Origin: a bacterium | GTDB taxonomy: Bacteria > RBG-13-61-14 > DATKZS01 | DNA length: 64,000 nt | Direction: 5' to 3' | NCBI GenBank assembly: GCA_963674965.2 | Contig: CAXXFL010000001.1 | Coordinates: 1,550,739-1,614,738, forward strand | Position numbers and translations under genes: made by a program | The notes under the pieces: model-generated | Databases searched by the model: none | The model's input: only the letters and a program-made list of their open reading frames with translations | Told to the model about the DNA's origin: nothing | Shown: positions 1-10,751 of the stretch, one piece after another | Layout: the number at the start of each line of letters is the position of its first letter | How positions within the stretch are numbered: the stretch's first letter is position 1

Positions 1-164
<164 letters not shown>

Positions 165-166
165 AA

Positions 167-1771
167 ATGGAAAAGGGGGGGCTTGCCCGAGGCGGGATGG
201 ATAAAAGGACCGTCATACTCGGCGCCACGCTCTCGCTCGCTTTCATCGCGATACTCGCCCCTTTCCTCGGCTTCGCGATCGACGACGCCTTTATCATATA
301 TCGGTACTCGGAGCACCTGGCCAATGGTCATGGTATCGTTTGGAACGTGGGCTACGGCCCGGAGGAAGGCTACACGTCATTTTTATGGGTGCTCCTGAAC
401 GCGGGCGCCGTCAAGTTTGGGGCCTCTCCCGTTATCTTCTCGAAGGTATTTTCCCTGGCCTGCTCGCTGGCCATCCTTTGGATTCTCGCGTATCGTGCCC
501 GGACTCTAAGTCTTGGCGCCGGAATCATCCTGTCCGGGGCCATCGCCTTCAGCCCGGCCTTTGCCCTTCTCACGGCCCAGGGTCTGGAGACTTCCTTGGC
601 CGCCCTTCTACTGACCCTTCTTGGCGGCGCCGCCATCTCGTCGGCCGGGAAGCCAAACTCGCGCGGGCCGGCTTTTTTCTTCGCGCTGTTCTTTCTCGCC
701 TTCCTGGCCAGGCCGGACGCGGCGGTTTTCGCGAGCGGCGCCGCCGTAACCATGGGAGCGATCTTTCTCGCGAAAAAGGATTACTCCTCGCTTGGTAAGA
801 TGACCCTCGCGGGAGGCGGGGCGCTGTTGCTTTTTCTCGGATACATGGGCTGGCGCTATTTTTATTTCGGACATTTACTTCCCAATCCTTACCTGGTGAA
901 GATCGAGGCTGGACAGGGGCTAATAAAGCCCAGGGCCTTGGCGTCGGTGATCAGCTTCGTTTTCGCCGTGCTTCTTCCCTACCTTATATATTTCGTTTAT
1001 AGCGCGGCGAGGAATTGGGACCGCGCCCGTTTTATCAGCGTCTTGCCCGTATTGGTCGGCTTTGTATTGCATCTTTTATATCTTTTGACGGTCCTTCCCA
1101 TTCAGGCCTATCTTTGGCGCTACGTCTTTCCGGCGTATCCCGCTTTCCTGCTTGCGACCGGTTATTATTTATCCGGCGCGAGGCCCGGCAAGATTAGCGA
1201 ACGGCGATGGCTTAGCCGCGCTCTTTGCGCGATGGTTCTCATTTATTGTCTGGCCACCTTCCCCCTCGCTTTTGAGTACAAGGAAAATAAAAACTCTCAT
1301 GACAGGATCGAGGCGGGCAAGGCCCTTAGCGGACTCGCCGGAGTCATGTTCGTTTCCGAGTCCGGCGCCGTGCCCTATTACTCGGGCTGGAGGGCCATCG
1401 ACCTTATCGGCCTCAACTACCGGCCCATCGCGGAAAAGGGCCTGGACCCGGTCATTCTCGAGGCGATCGACCCCGATCTCGTGCTCATCCATGAGCCCTC
1501 CGGCAAATATTCCCCCCATTTGAAAAACAAAATAGTGGTAAACGAGTACATGATTTCAAACGGCTTCGCGGCGGTGGCCGCCGTCAAAAAGACCGAGGGC
1601 GAGTACCATTTCTATTTCGCCAGGCAAGACTCGCCCCTTTTTAAAAAGATCGCCGTGAGGCTCAACTCGATCGAGTCGGTCGAGTACGGGGACCTTGGCA
1701 AACTTGTGTGGGAAAAAAGAATGCCTATTATAGACGGAAGGTACAGGGCCGCTCCCGGCGGCGGGCACTAA
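167..1771 (+). CDS. Polytopic GT-C-fold membrane glycosyltransferase (AftB/arabinofuranosyltransferase-like)
   Basis: N-terminal DDAFIIYRYSEHLANGHGIVWN...EGYTSFLW motif, GLET and RPD motifs, many TM helices; start at ATG 167 or 197 after the GH1 stop. Confidence 0.7.
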   Translation: MEKGGLARGGMDKRTVILGATLSLAFIAILAPFLGFAIDDAFIIYRYSEHLANGHGIVWNVGYGPEEGYTSFLWVLLNAGAVKFGASPVIFSKVFSLACSLAILWILAYRARTLSLGAGIILSGAIAFSPAFALLTAQGLETSLAALLLTLLGGAAISSAGKPNSRGPAFFFALFFLAFLARPDAAVFASGAAVTMGAIFLAKKDYSSLGKMTLAGGGALLLFLGYMGWRYFYFGHLLPNPYLVKIEAGQGLIKPRALASVISFVFAVLLPYLIYFVYSAARNWDRARFISVLPVLVGFVLHLLYLLTVLPIQAYLWRYVFPAYPAFLLATGYYLSGARPGKISERRWLSRALCAMVLIYCLATFPLAFEYKENKNSHDRIEAGKALSGLAGVMFVSESGAVPYYSGWRAIDLIGLNYRPIAEKGLDPVILEAIDPDLVLIHEPSGKYSPHLKNKIVVNEYMISNGFAAVAAVKKTEGEYHFYFARQDSPLFKKIAVRLNSIESVEYGDLGKLVWEKRMPIIDGRYRAAPGGGH

Positions 1772-1827
1772 TTATGGAAGGCAATCGTTATGCTCTTCCG
1801 CTTGCTTATTCTAAAGTGAGGCGCCAG

Positions 1828-3414
1828 ATGAACGTCAGAACGCTAGGATTATTGATGGCCTTGATCGTCTTTTTTTTCTGCTCGGCCGCCGAGGCCATGT
1901 CCCGGCAAATCATAGCCAAGACCGAGGCCGGGCTGGCCAAGGGTTACGTCACCGAGGACGGGGCCGTCTTCTACTGGCTCGGAATCCCCTACGCGGCTCC
2001 GCCCACGGGAGACCTGAGATGGAAAAGACCCGCCCCCCATCCTGGGTGGGAAGGCGCGCGCCCCGCCGACGAATACGGCGAGAAATGCGTTCAGCTAAGC
2101 GCCCTCGGGGGCAAGGGCCTGAAAATGCATGGGAGCGAGGACTGCCTTTTCCTCAACGTCTGGCGTCCCGCCAAGAGCGGCAAGTTTCCCGTCATGGTCT
2201 GGATACACGGCGGCAGCCTGATGATGGGCGGCTCCGACTCTCCACTTTACGTTGGCGAGCGTTTCGCTCGCGAGCATGACGTGGTGGTGGTGTCCTTCAA
2301 CTACCGCCTGGGCGTCCTGGGTTTTCTCGCTCACCCCGACCTACAAAAGGAGGACCCCGACGCCTCGGTGGGCGGCTATGGGATGATGGACCAGATAGCC
2401 GCGCTCGAATGGGTCCAAAACAACATCGAGAGCTTTGGCGGAGACCCCTCCAACGTGACCATCTTCGGCGAGAGCGCCGGAGGCTGGAGCGTGTGCGCGC
2501 TTATGGCCTCGCCCGCGGCCAAGGGCCTTTTCCACCGGGCCATCCAGGAAAGCGGCGGATGCAGGCGGTCCGTGACTCTCGATCAGGGGTTCGACTTCGG
2601 CAATTCCTTCGCCAAGGAACTCGGCTGCGACGCGGGAAACGTCGCCGAATGCATGAGGGAGGTCCCCGCCTCGAGGGTCATGAAACTGGCGCCCTGGGAC
2701 CCCACGGGCCGGACCGTTCCCTTCAAGCCCAACGAGGACGGATACCTGCTGAAGAAAAAACCCATTGACCACGTAAGGAGCGGCGACTACAACCACGTTC
2801 CTTACATGGCCGGGTCCAACCGCGACGAGTATAAAATACTCGCCCTCGTGCAATGGGACGTAAGAACAATGGACCGCGAGGCGTACGAGAAAAAAATCCG
2901 GGAGGAACACGGGCAGTGGGCCGACCGTTTCCTGGCCCTGTACGATCCCTCCGATTTCGACTCGCCCTCCGAGGCCTACCTGGCCAAGGAAGCCGACGGC
3001 CGACCCGGCTGCGGAGGCCTGGACGCGGTCATGGCCATGAGCGCCCACCAGCAGGAAGTCTACTATTACCGGTTCGACTTCGACGATATCCCCTTCTCGA
3101 AAAAACTGGGGGCTTTTCACGGGCTCGAGATACCGCTGGTGTTCGGTACCTACCAGGACCCTCCGGTGAAATCCATTCTGGGCAAAAAGAACGTCGCGGC
3201 CGCGGCGCCGCTATCCGGGAAGATGCAGGCATATTGGGCCAACTTCGCCAAGACCGGCAATCCCAATGGGGAGGACCTTCCTGAATGGCCGGCCTTCGAG
3301 GGTGAGCAAAGGCAAAGGATCGTGTTCGACTCGAGCCGGACGGAGGTCATAACTCAGCCCGAAATCCAGCTCGAGCGCTGCCGGCTCTGGGAGGAATTTT
3401 CGGCCGGCGATTGA
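1828..3414 (+). CDS. Secreted type-B carboxylesterase/lipase
   Basis: Signal peptide (AAEA cleavage), GIPYAAPP, SEDCLFLNVW, WIHGG, nucleophile GESAG, catalytic His in FHGLEI. Confidence 0.92.
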   Translation: MNVRTLGLLMALIVFFFCSAAEAMSRQIIAKTEAGLAKGYVTEDGAVFYWLGIPYAAPPTGDLRWKRPAPHPGWEGARPADEYGEKCVQLSALGGKGLKMHGSEDCLFLNVWRPAKSGKFPVMVWIHGGSLMMGGSDSPLYVGERFAREHDVVVVSFNYRLGVLGFLAHPDLQKEDPDASVGGYGMMDQIAALEWVQNNIESFGGDPSNVTIFGESAGGWSVCALMASPAAKGLFHRAIQESGGCRRSVTLDQGFDFGNSFAKELGCDAGNVAECMREVPASRVMKLAPWDPTGRTVPFKPNEDGYLLKKKPIDHVRSGDYNHVPYMAGSNRDEYKILALVQWDVRTMDREAYEKKIREEHGQWADRFLALYDPSDFDSPSEAYLAKEADGRPGCGGLDAVMAMSAHQQEVYYYRFDFDDIPFSKKLGAFHGLEIPLVFGTYQDPPVKSILGKKNVAAAAPLSGKMQAYWANFAKTGNPNGEDLPEWPAFEGEQRQRIVFDSSRTEVITQPEIQLERCRLWEEFSAGD

Positions 3415-3432
3415 GGAAAACCGAGGAGATGA

Positions 3433-4806
3433 TCAGTTCTTGAGGCTTTGCAGGGGCGCGGGTATCCTTCCCCCGTGACGCACGAACTCGCTCGCGCTTC
3501 CCACGTTTCTGACCGGCATGATCACGCTCTCGCCAAAGAGGCCCCCGAACACGGCCTTGTCTCCCGCCTTCTTGCCCGGCACGGGTATGAGCCTGAGGGC
3601 GGTGGTCTTCGAGTTGACCACTCCAATGGCGGCCTCATCGGCGATGATGGCGGACAGCGTGTCGGCGTCCACGTCGCCGGGAATGGCGATCATGTCCAGT
3701 CCCACCGAGCACACGCTGGTCATGGCCTCGAGCTTCTCGAGGGTCAGGGTCCCGTTCGCCACCGCCGCCGCGAGGGTGCTGTCCTCACAAACCGGGATGA
3801 AGGCGCCCGACAAGCCGCCCACCGAGCTCGAGGCGAACAGGCCGCCCTTTTTTACCGCGTCGTTTAAAAGGGCCAGGGCCGCCGTGCTGCCGGGCCCGCC
3901 GATCTTGGATATGCCCATGGCCTGGAAAATCTCTCCCACCGAGTCTCCCACCTTGGGGGTGGGCGCGAGCGACAGATCGACTATCCCGAAGCTCACGCCC
4001 AACTCGGCCGCGACTTCCCTGCCGATAAGCTCGCCCACGCGGGTCACGCGAAAGGACGTGATCTTCACCCGCTCGGCCACGTCGCCAAGGGTGGCCTGGG
4101 GGCTGGACTCCCGCAAGCGGTCCAGGGCCCTTTTGACCACGCCCGGACCGCTGACGCCGATGTTGACGACGCACTCGGGCTCGCCAGCTCCCAGGTAGGC
4201 CCCGGCCATAAAGGGGTTGTCCTCCGGGACGTTGGCGAACACGACCAGTTTGGCGCAGCCGAAGCCGTCGCGGTCCCGGGTCTTGTCCGCGATCTTCAAA
4301 ATGGTCTCGCCCAGAAGGAGGATGGCGTCCATGTTGATTCCCGCGGCCGTCGAGGCCACGTTGACCGACGCGCAGACGCGCTTGGTGCGGGACAAGGCCT
4401 CGGGCAGGGACTCGATCAGGTTTCGCTCCCCCGGGGTCATGCCCTTTTGGACCAGGGCGGAGTAGCCGCCCACCAGGTCGACGCAAACCTCGCCGGCCGC
4501 GTCGTCGATGGCCTTGGCCATTTTGAGCGTTCCCGCCGGGCCGTGGGCCTCCGCCAGGGCGCTGACGGGGGAAAGGGCCAGCCTCTTGTTAACCACGGGT
4601 ATGCCGTACTTGGCTCCGATTTCCTCGCAAACCGAGGCCAGACGCCCGGCCTTGGAGACGATCTTGCGGTGGATTTTTTCGCATACCTGGTCGATCTCGG
4701 GACCGGCGCACTCGAGCAGGTTAAGGCCAAGGGTCACGGTCCTTACGTCCAGGTTCTCCTTTTGGAGCATCCGTATGGTGGTTATTATGTCCTCGGTCCT
4801 GAGCAT
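3433..4806 (-). CDS. DUF711/UPF0210 (PFL-like) family protein
   Basis: ENLDVRTVTLG, GIPVVNKR, NVPEDNPFMAGA, GVSGPGVV, VGGLSGAFIPV, GGRIPAPLQSLKN; true start MLRTED at 4806. Confidence 0.9.
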   Translation of the reverse strand: MLRTEDIITTIRMLQKENLDVRTVTLGLNLLECAGPEIDQVCEKIHRKIVSKAGRLASVCEEIGAKYGIPVVNKRLALSPVSALAEAHGPAGTLKMAKAIDDAAGEVCVDLVGGYSALVQKGMTPGERNLIESLPEALSRTKRVCASVNVASTAAGINMDAILLLGETILKIADKTRDRDGFGCAKLVVFANVPEDNPFMAGAYLGAGEPECVVNIGVSGPGVVKRALDRLRESSPQATLGDVAERVKITSFRVTRVGELIGREVAAELGVSFGIVDLSLAPTPKVGDSVGEIFQAMGISKIGGPGSTAALALLNDAVKKGGLFASSSVGGLSGAFIPVCEDSTLAAAVANGTLTLEKLEAMTSVCSVGLDMIAIPGDVDADTLSAIIADEAAIGVVNSKTTALRLIPVPGKKAGDKAVFGGLFGESVIMPVRNVGSASEFVRHGGRIPAPLQSLKN

Positions 4807-4808
4807 GG

Positions 4809-5381
4809 CTAATTCTCGCCTCCCCGGAAGTCGACCTTTTGAGTGGCCAGGAAGATGTTCTCGTGCTGGAGATGAACCACCATCCCCTTGCCCTTGTATA
4901 GCCCCTCGATGTCTATCTGAAGCTGCCTTACGTCCTTGGCACGAGGGACCCGAAGCTGGCTGATGAATATGAACTTGCCGTCGTCGACATAGGCGTAAAG
5001 GTCCTCGATGTTGATATTGCGGCTGGCCAGAAAACCGCATATCTTGGCGATGATGCCGGGGGAGTCCTCCCCCATGATGGAGAGCACGAACTGGTCGCAG
5101 ACCTCGCAATATGGCTCGGCCGCCGAGGATTCCCAAGGCTTGATGGAAACGCTCAATTCTCCCGGGTCGCCCGACGCCTCGATCCGGGCCCGGGCCTTCT
5201 CCATGTCGGTCCCCTCTGGAAAGGAAGCCGTGATTATGATAGTGAAATAGCCGCGCATGACCGTTTGGCTCATGGCGTCGATATTGCCGCCCAGGTCCCT
5301 TATGGCCGCCGATACGCCCGCCACGATGCCGACCCGGTCGCGGCTCATGATGGACACCACGTATTCAAGTCTTTGGGTCAT
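4809..5381 (-). CDS. Tandem ACT-domain protein (GcvR-like), usual partner of DUF711
   Basis: Two ACT repeats (SRDRVGIVAGVS...GGNI; GEDSPGIIAKIC...NINI); adjacent to DUF711. Confidence 0.85.
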   Translation of the reverse strand: MTQRLEYVVSIMSRDRVGIVAGVSAAIRDLGGNIDAMSQTVMRGYFTIIITASFPEGTDMEKARARIEASGDPGELSVSIKPWESSAAEPYCEVCDQFVLSIMGEDSPGIIAKICGFLASRNINIEDLYAYVDDGKFIFISQLRVPRAKDVRQLQIDIEGLYKGKGMVVHLQHENIFLATQKVDFRGGEN

Positions 5382-5747
5382 GAATTCGCCTTTCGGACCG
5401 GAAGAATCCGGCCATGGCCGAATATGATATCACGGTTGGCCGGATTAATCAGGATTATTAGTTGAATCGCAAAGTCATTCCGGGCGAAATTTATTTACTC
5501 ACGTCGAACTCTCGATCAAGTTTTTGGTGTCATGAGAAATAAAAAAATGCTCTTAAAGAAAAAATAAGGAATGACATAAAAACTTCGTAACCGATAGACT
5601 TGCTTTTGACTCTTTATAACTGAGCGCCATTACTCAAGGCCCTTTGAAAACAACCGTATAATTTTCTTATGCTCCTTTATAAGATTAATGGCGTTCGATT
5701 GTTTTCGGGGGGCCTTTTTCTTATTATCTTATTATCGAGAATTTACC

Positions 5748-6488
5748 TTGAGACTTAAATACCAATTGGCCATCGCCCTTTCGGCGACCGCTGTAATACT
5801 TTGCCTTTGCATGTGGCACATCCTGAACGTCAAGGAGCCCATGACCTTTTTCGATTACTTCGTGCTGGATATTGCCACAATTCCCGTTCAGGTGATACTG
5901 GTGGGCGTCATCATCGAGCGTCTTTTACACGAGCGGGAAAAGAGGGCCATGATCAAGAAGCTCAACATGGTGGTGGGCGCCTTTTTTTCCGATACAGGCT
6001 ACGAGCTTCTGCGGAGGATATCCTCTTTTTGTCCCGAGACCCCGGAGTTTTACGAGAAACTGGCCCTGGGTCTCGACTGGAAGGAAAAGGATTTCCGGGA
6101 GGCCTTAAAAACCTGCCAGGCCAGGAAGTCCAAGCCGGAGGCCTCGGCCGAGGACCTGGAGGGCCTGAAAGTTTTCATGGCCGAGAAGATGACCTTTATC
6201 CTTCGCCTGCTCCAGAACCCGAACCTTCTGGAGCACGACCGGTTCACCGATCTTTTGTGGGCCGTGACTCACATGACCGAGGAACTCATGGCGAGGGACG
6301 ATCTTCTCCATGCTCCCCCGTCCGACCTGTCCCATTTATCTGGCGACGTCTCCCGGGCATACACGCTGCTAATCCGTGAGTGGCTCTCTTACATGAGACA
6401 CCTTAAGACGGAGTACCCCTATATCTATTCTTTGTCCGTTCGGACCAATCCCTTTAAGAAGGACGCCAGGGCCGCTATCGAGGAATAA
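5748..6488 (+). CDS. Conserved hypothetical membrane protein
   Basis: Two N-terminal TM helices followed by a soluble domain (KLNMVVGAFFS, LLQNPNLLEHDRFTDLLWAV, WLSYMRHLK.EYPY); start uncertain (TTG 5748 or ATG 5688). Confidence 0.7.
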   Translation: MRLKYQLAIALSATAVILCLCMWHILNVKEPMTFFDYFVLDIATIPVQVILVGVIIERLLHEREKRAMIKKLNMVVGAFFSDTGYELLRRISSFCPETPEFYEKLALGLDWKEKDFREALKTCQARKSKPEASAEDLEGLKVFMAEKMTFILRLLQNPNLLEHDRFTDLLWAVTHMTEELMARDDLLHAPPSDLSHLSGDVSRAYTLLIREWLSYMRHLKTEYPYIYSLSVRTNPFKKDARAAIEE

Positions 6489-6597
6489 GCCGGACTTGTT
6501 AGGACTCTCGTCCTCATGCTAATCTTGGATAGTAACTTCCGGACCCGGGGCAGCCGGAAGCTTTCAATCACCATCTATATCAAAGGAGACGGTATTA

Positions 6598-7512
6598 ATG
6601 GAAGGCGGCGTTCTGACCGATTATATAATACCTTCTTGCCTGGCCCTGATGATGGTCGGCTTGGGCATGACCCTGACGATCGATGATTTCAAGCGCGTGG
6701 CCGTCTACCCGAAAGCGACGGCCTTGGGCGTGGTCTTTCAGATAATCTGCCTGCCCCTGGTCGGGTTCGCCCTGGCGTCCGTTTTCCCGCTTACGCAGGA
6801 GTTGGCCGTGGGGGTGATGCTCCTGGCAGCCTGCCCCGGGGGAGTGGCCTCGAACATCATTACCCACCTGGCCAAGGGAGACACGGCCCTGGCCGTGACC
6901 CTGACCATCATCAGCAGCGCCATATCGCTTATCACCATCCCGCTTATCGTCAGCCTCAGCCTTACTCGCTTTATGGGAGTTAACTCGGAGGTTTCCCTTC
7001 CCATCCTGGACACCATCCTCAAGGTTTTCGCCCTGACCGTTCCCACGGTGATCACGGGCATGATCATCAAGGCCAAGGCCGAGAACTTCGCCGCGAAAAC
7101 GGAGCGGATAGTTAATCTGGGCGGCCTTTTTTTCCTGATCTTCCTGATCGTGGGCGTCGCCATAAGCGAAAGGGAGACCATATTCGGAGAGGCGCTCAAC
7201 GTGGGTCCCGTGACGCTGACCCTTTGCGTCCTTACCACCATCCTTTCCTACCTGGGAGCGAGGGCCTTTTCCATCTCCGTCGCGGGGAGCGTCTCGGTGG
7301 CCATCTGCACGGGCTTCCAGAACAGCGCCCTGGCCCTGGTGATCGCAACCAGCTTCCTCAAAAACGCCCAGATAGCCATAGCCCCAGCCGTTTACACGGT
7401 GGTCATGTACGCGACGGCCGGGGCCATCGTGGGTTATATGAACTTGAGAGGGCCCTTGGAAGACCGGGATGATGAGCCTTCCGTCCTGGACGTGGAGTTG
7501 GATGAGGGGTAA
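6598..7512 (+). CDS. Bile acid:sodium symporter (BASS/SBF) family transporter
   Basis: MMVGLGMTLT, ACPGGVASN, LAKGDTALAV, GFQNSALA; RBS AAGGAG upstream. Confidence 0.92.
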   Translation: MEGGVLTDYIIPSCLALMMVGLGMTLTIDDFKRVAVYPKATALGVVFQIICLPLVGFALASVFPLTQELAVGVMLLAACPGGVASNIITHLAKGDTALAVTLTIISSAISLITIPLIVSLSLTRFMGVNSEVSLPILDTILKVFALTVPTVITGMIIKAKAENFAAKTERIVNLGGLFFLIFLIVGVAISERETIFGEALNVGPVTLTLCVLTTILSYLGARAFSISVAGSVSVAICTGFQNSALALVIATSFLKNAQIAIAPAVYTVVMYATAGAIVGYMNLRGPLEDRDDEPSVLDVELDEG

Positions 7513-7539
7513 GGAGGGCCGAGCGCCGCCCGCCCGCGA

Positions 7540-8619
7540 TCACTTTTTGTAGAACTTGTCCTTTTTGCCGACCACGCCCAGACCCGGCATTTCGATTTTT
7601 CTTTCCGGGTCGCTCACGGCCTTTCCGATGGTCCAGGACTCGAGTCCGTGCTCCTTGAAGATCGATGCCACCTTGTCCGCCTCGCCGGGAGCGCACACCA
7701 CGCACATGCCCACGCCGAGGTTATAAGTGTTGGCCATCTCAGCGTTGGATACTCCGCCTTCTTTCTGGATCAGCTTAAAAATTGCCGGCCACTCGGGCAT
7801 GTCGTCCAGCACGAAGCCCACCTTGGAGCGGACCCGCTGGAGGTTCCTGAAGCCCTCGCCCGTTATATGGATCAGGGCCTTGACCGTCTTGGTTTTTTTC
7901 AGGATTTCCAGCACGGGTTTTACGTAGATCACGGTGGGCTCGAGAAGGGCCTCGCCCGCGGTGACGCCAAGCTCATCCACGCGCTCGTCCACTTTCCACT
8001 TGCCGAGTATGACCTTGCGGGCCAGGGTGTAGCCGTTCGAGTGGAGGCCCGAGCTGGACGCGCCCACCACCACGTCTCCGGCCAGAATGTTCTCGCCCAC
8101 GATCATGTCGCAAAGGCTGACCACGCCGAAGGCCGTGCCCACCAGGTCGAAGCCCTTGCCCGGGCGCGTTCCCTTGATCATCTCCCGAAGCTGGGCCACC
8201 TCGCCCGCCGGGATGGATATGCCCGCCTGGAGCGCGCCATCGTAAAGGCCCTTGCCGATCTCGCCCAATATGGGGCCCTCGGCGTCCTCGACCGCGATAT
8301 AATCGAGCATGGCCAGGGGCTTGGCCCCCACGCAAATAAGGTCGTTCACGTTCATGGCCACGCAGTCGATGCCCACCGTGTCGTAGCGGCCCATCATCTC
8401 CGCCACCAGGAGCTTGGTCCCCACCCCGTCCGTGCTCATGGCTATGCCCAGGCCGTGGCCCACGTCGATCACGGTGGCGTAAAGGCCGACCTCGGCCACT
8501 ACCTCGGGATGGCCCTCCATGCTTTTGTTCACCCAGTGGAGAAGGGTCTTGAAGGACCCCTCCTCGCCGATGCTGATCACGCCCGAGTCCTTATATGTCA
8601 TTCCCTTGTCGTCGCTCAT
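7540..8619 (-). CDS. purM: Phosphoribosylformylglycinamidine cyclo-ligase (AIR synthetase)
   Basis: STDGVGTK, GIDCVAMNVND, SSGLHSNGYTLARK, HITGEG, TYNLGVGM. Confidence 0.95.
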   Translation of the reverse strand: MSDDKGMTYKDSGVISIGEEGSFKTLLHWVNKSMEGHPEVVAEVGLYATVIDVGHGLGIAMSTDGVGTKLLVAEMMGRYDTVGIDCVAMNVNDLICVGAKPLAMLDYIAVEDAEGPILGEIGKGLYDGALQAGISIPAGEVAQLREMIKGTRPGKGFDLVGTAFGVVSLCDMIVGENILAGDVVVGASSSGLHSNGYTLARKVILGKWKVDERVDELGVTAGEALLEPTVIYVKPVLEILKKTKTVKALIHITGEGFRNLQRVRSKVGFVLDDMPEWPAIFKLIQKEGGVSNAEMANTYNLGVGMCVVCAPGEADKVASIFKEHGLESWTIGKAVSDPERKIEMPGLGVVGKKDKFYKK

Positions 8620-8732
8620 GTAAATCCCTCCAGGAAGTCAGGGTACTTGTTGCCTTCCAGGCGCGGCGAAATCCTTGCCCGCCAACTGCAATGATTATAA
8701 CCCACGATCCAAAAAGGCCAAGCGCTACCACG

Positions 8733-10439
8733 TCAGCGAGGCTCTTCCGCTTTATATTTGCCGTAATCGATCTTGAAAATTATCGTTCTTCCCCGCGAGA
8801 AGACAGGCTCGAAAACTCCAGGAAGACCGCTCGTGATTTCCAGGAACAACCGGGCAACGCCCGGGGAGGTCTCGTCGATTAACGCGTGAGTCGCTCCCAT
8901 TTCCCGTAACGCCGCCATGAACTTCTCGGGTCTCATCTCGGCGGGAAACTGCAAGGCCATGCCGCCGGAATAATAAGCCACCAAGCGCGGCTTCCTGGCC
9001 AGAACCACGGACTCCTTGGGCAGGTTGCCTCCCATCCATATGGACGCGGCGATCAATTTATGGTTTTTCATGGCGGGCCCGGCCGGGTCGGAGGAGGCCA
9101 GCCAGTCGGGATACTGATACCACCTGCCCCAATTAATATCACCGTCCGGGGAACGGCCCGCTTCTATGGAACTCCCCTCACCCTCGCCGAGGATATCCAT
9201 GACGATGGTAGTGGTGGGAGCTTTATAAACCAGAGAAAGGTCCGACGCGAAAATAAATAGATTAAAAATAAGCGCCGAACCCAGAAGAAAAAACGGCGCC
9301 AATCGCGTCCCGCGTGAGCCCGTGATCTCGGCGTCATCATGGCTGGAGGGCAAGGCAGCCGAAAAAGCAAAAATAATCGCCAAAGGGACAAGGGGAACGA
9401 GATATCTTGAATAGTGGCTCTGCCACGCGCAGATGATAAGCATATAGAAAAGAAAGTAACATTCCATCGGCCCCCTCTCCCTTGGAAGTCGCCGGGCAAA
9501 TCCGATGGCGACGGGAATAAGGAAGAGGGCGGCCAGGCCCAGTTTTACCGGCCCAGGAGTGAGAGACTCGCCCATGTCCAGGATTATTGCCGATGATTCC
9601 CGAAAATAAGCCCCGCCTCCCTTTAAGGCGCGTCGAGCCAGGCCGGCAATCCCGAGCGATCCGGCAAAGGGGTCCGACTCCCGGGCCATGAAAAGCTTTT
9701 GCGCGTGAGAGGCGTCAACATCGCCGGCCACTAGTACGTTGCGGACCGACCAGGACCCCGCAAATAATAAGAACCCGGCAAGCAGCCAAGCGGCCGCCTT
9801 GCCCTTGTCCTTGAGACTCATTCCTTTGGCCAGGAAAATGGCCATTATCCCCGCCGAGGGAAGGGCGAGCGCCACGTGTCGGAATAGAAAGGCCCCTCCC
9901 GCCGCCATTCCGGCCAATAGCCATGGACGAGCTTTTATAGGTACATCACGACGGAAAGCGTATAGATTCAGGCAAAGCGCGGCCAAGGACATTGCCGTAT
10001 AGGGAAGGTCCGATAATATTAAATTCGAGAACCGGGCCAGATGGGGCGTTGAAGCCGCAATAAGAGCCGCCGCCGCGGCCCATCCGGCGGACAAACCCGG
10101 CAAGGCCAGGCGCGCCAGGCGATAAGTAAGAATAACCAAGGCGAAAAGCGAGACGATGCCGATCCATTTATAATTCCCGGCCTCAAGCGGTCCTCCTCCC
10201 GGGGTCATGGCCAGCAGGGCTGGAAGGGCGGGTCCATACTCGGTATGAGGCGGAGCTCCGGGCTTTTCGATCTCGGCGAAACCATTGCCCTCGGACAGCG
10301 CCTCGCCTAAAAGGAGGAACCTGGCCGAATCTCCCGATAGGTCAGCCATATCGTCGGACAAGAAAAAAAGTGAAAATATAAAGCCGACGGCGAAGGCTGC
10401 CGCCAGGATTAAACGATGTATGTTTGGACGACGAATCAT
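8733..10439 (-). CDS. ArnT/PMT-like (GT-C) membrane glycosyltransferase
   Basis: N-terminal TM then GDSARFLLLGEALSEG.GF...PHTEYGP, ILSDLPY, RYLVPLVP, multiple TMs, C-terminal periplasmic domain. Confidence 0.65.
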   Translation of the reverse strand: MIRRPNIHRLILAAAFAVGFIFSLFFLSDDMADLSGDSARFLLLGEALSEGNGFAEIEKPGAPPHTEYGPALPALLAMTPGGGPLEAGNYKWIGIVSLFALVILTYRLARLALPGLSAGWAAAAALIAASTPHLARFSNLILSDLPYTAMSLAALCLNLYAFRRDVPIKARPWLLAGMAAGGAFLFRHVALALPSAGIMAIFLAKGMSLKDKGKAAAWLLAGFLLFAGSWSVRNVLVAGDVDASHAQKLFMARESDPFAGSLGIAGLARRALKGGGAYFRESSAIILDMGESLTPGPVKLGLAALFLIPVAIGFARRLPRERGPMECYFLFYMLIICAWQSHYSRYLVPLVPLAIIFAFSAALPSSHDDAEITGSRGTRLAPFFLLGSALIFNLFIFASDLSLVYKAPTTTIVMDILGEGEGSSIEAGRSPDGDINWGRWYQYPDWLASSDPAGPAMKNHKLIAASIWMGGNLPKESVVLARKPRLVAYYSGGMALQFPAEMRPEKFMAALREMGATHALIDETSPGVARLFLEITSGLPGVFEPVFSRGRTIIFKIDYGKYKAEEPR

Positions 10440-10745
10440 ATTTTCGGCGCCTTGCGGCTTGCCCCAACTCGAGCGTTATGATGAAATCTATCAGTGGCTA
10501 TCTCGCCAGTCAATCTCCGTGGATTTCTTCCGCCCTTTCTTTTGCGCCAATATAGGATTCGGCGTCAAGACTATGGGCGTGGATTACAAGCCGCGCTATC
10601 CGGACGCGTCAATCGTCAAGCAAGGCCCGGGACTCGGCCTGGCCCTTGTTTCGCTTAATGAAAAATGAATAATTTTAGGTTATCATCCTTAAATAAGATT
10701 TCGCCCCTTGGCGTTTAGCTATTAGCTCCCGCGGCGGATATCTTT

Positions 10746-10751
10746 TAACTA
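10746..10751. repeat. Target-site duplication TAACTA (left copy; right copy at 12516-12521)
   Basis: Identical 6-mer directly outside both inverted repeats. Confidence 0.85.

Noticed and set aside
3433-5136. ORF-track N-terminal extensions (38, 1708, 5136, 31798, 33236, 39353, 45840)
   Set aside because: Extensions overlap neighbouring genes or repeats and lack family similarity; downstream starts fit better.
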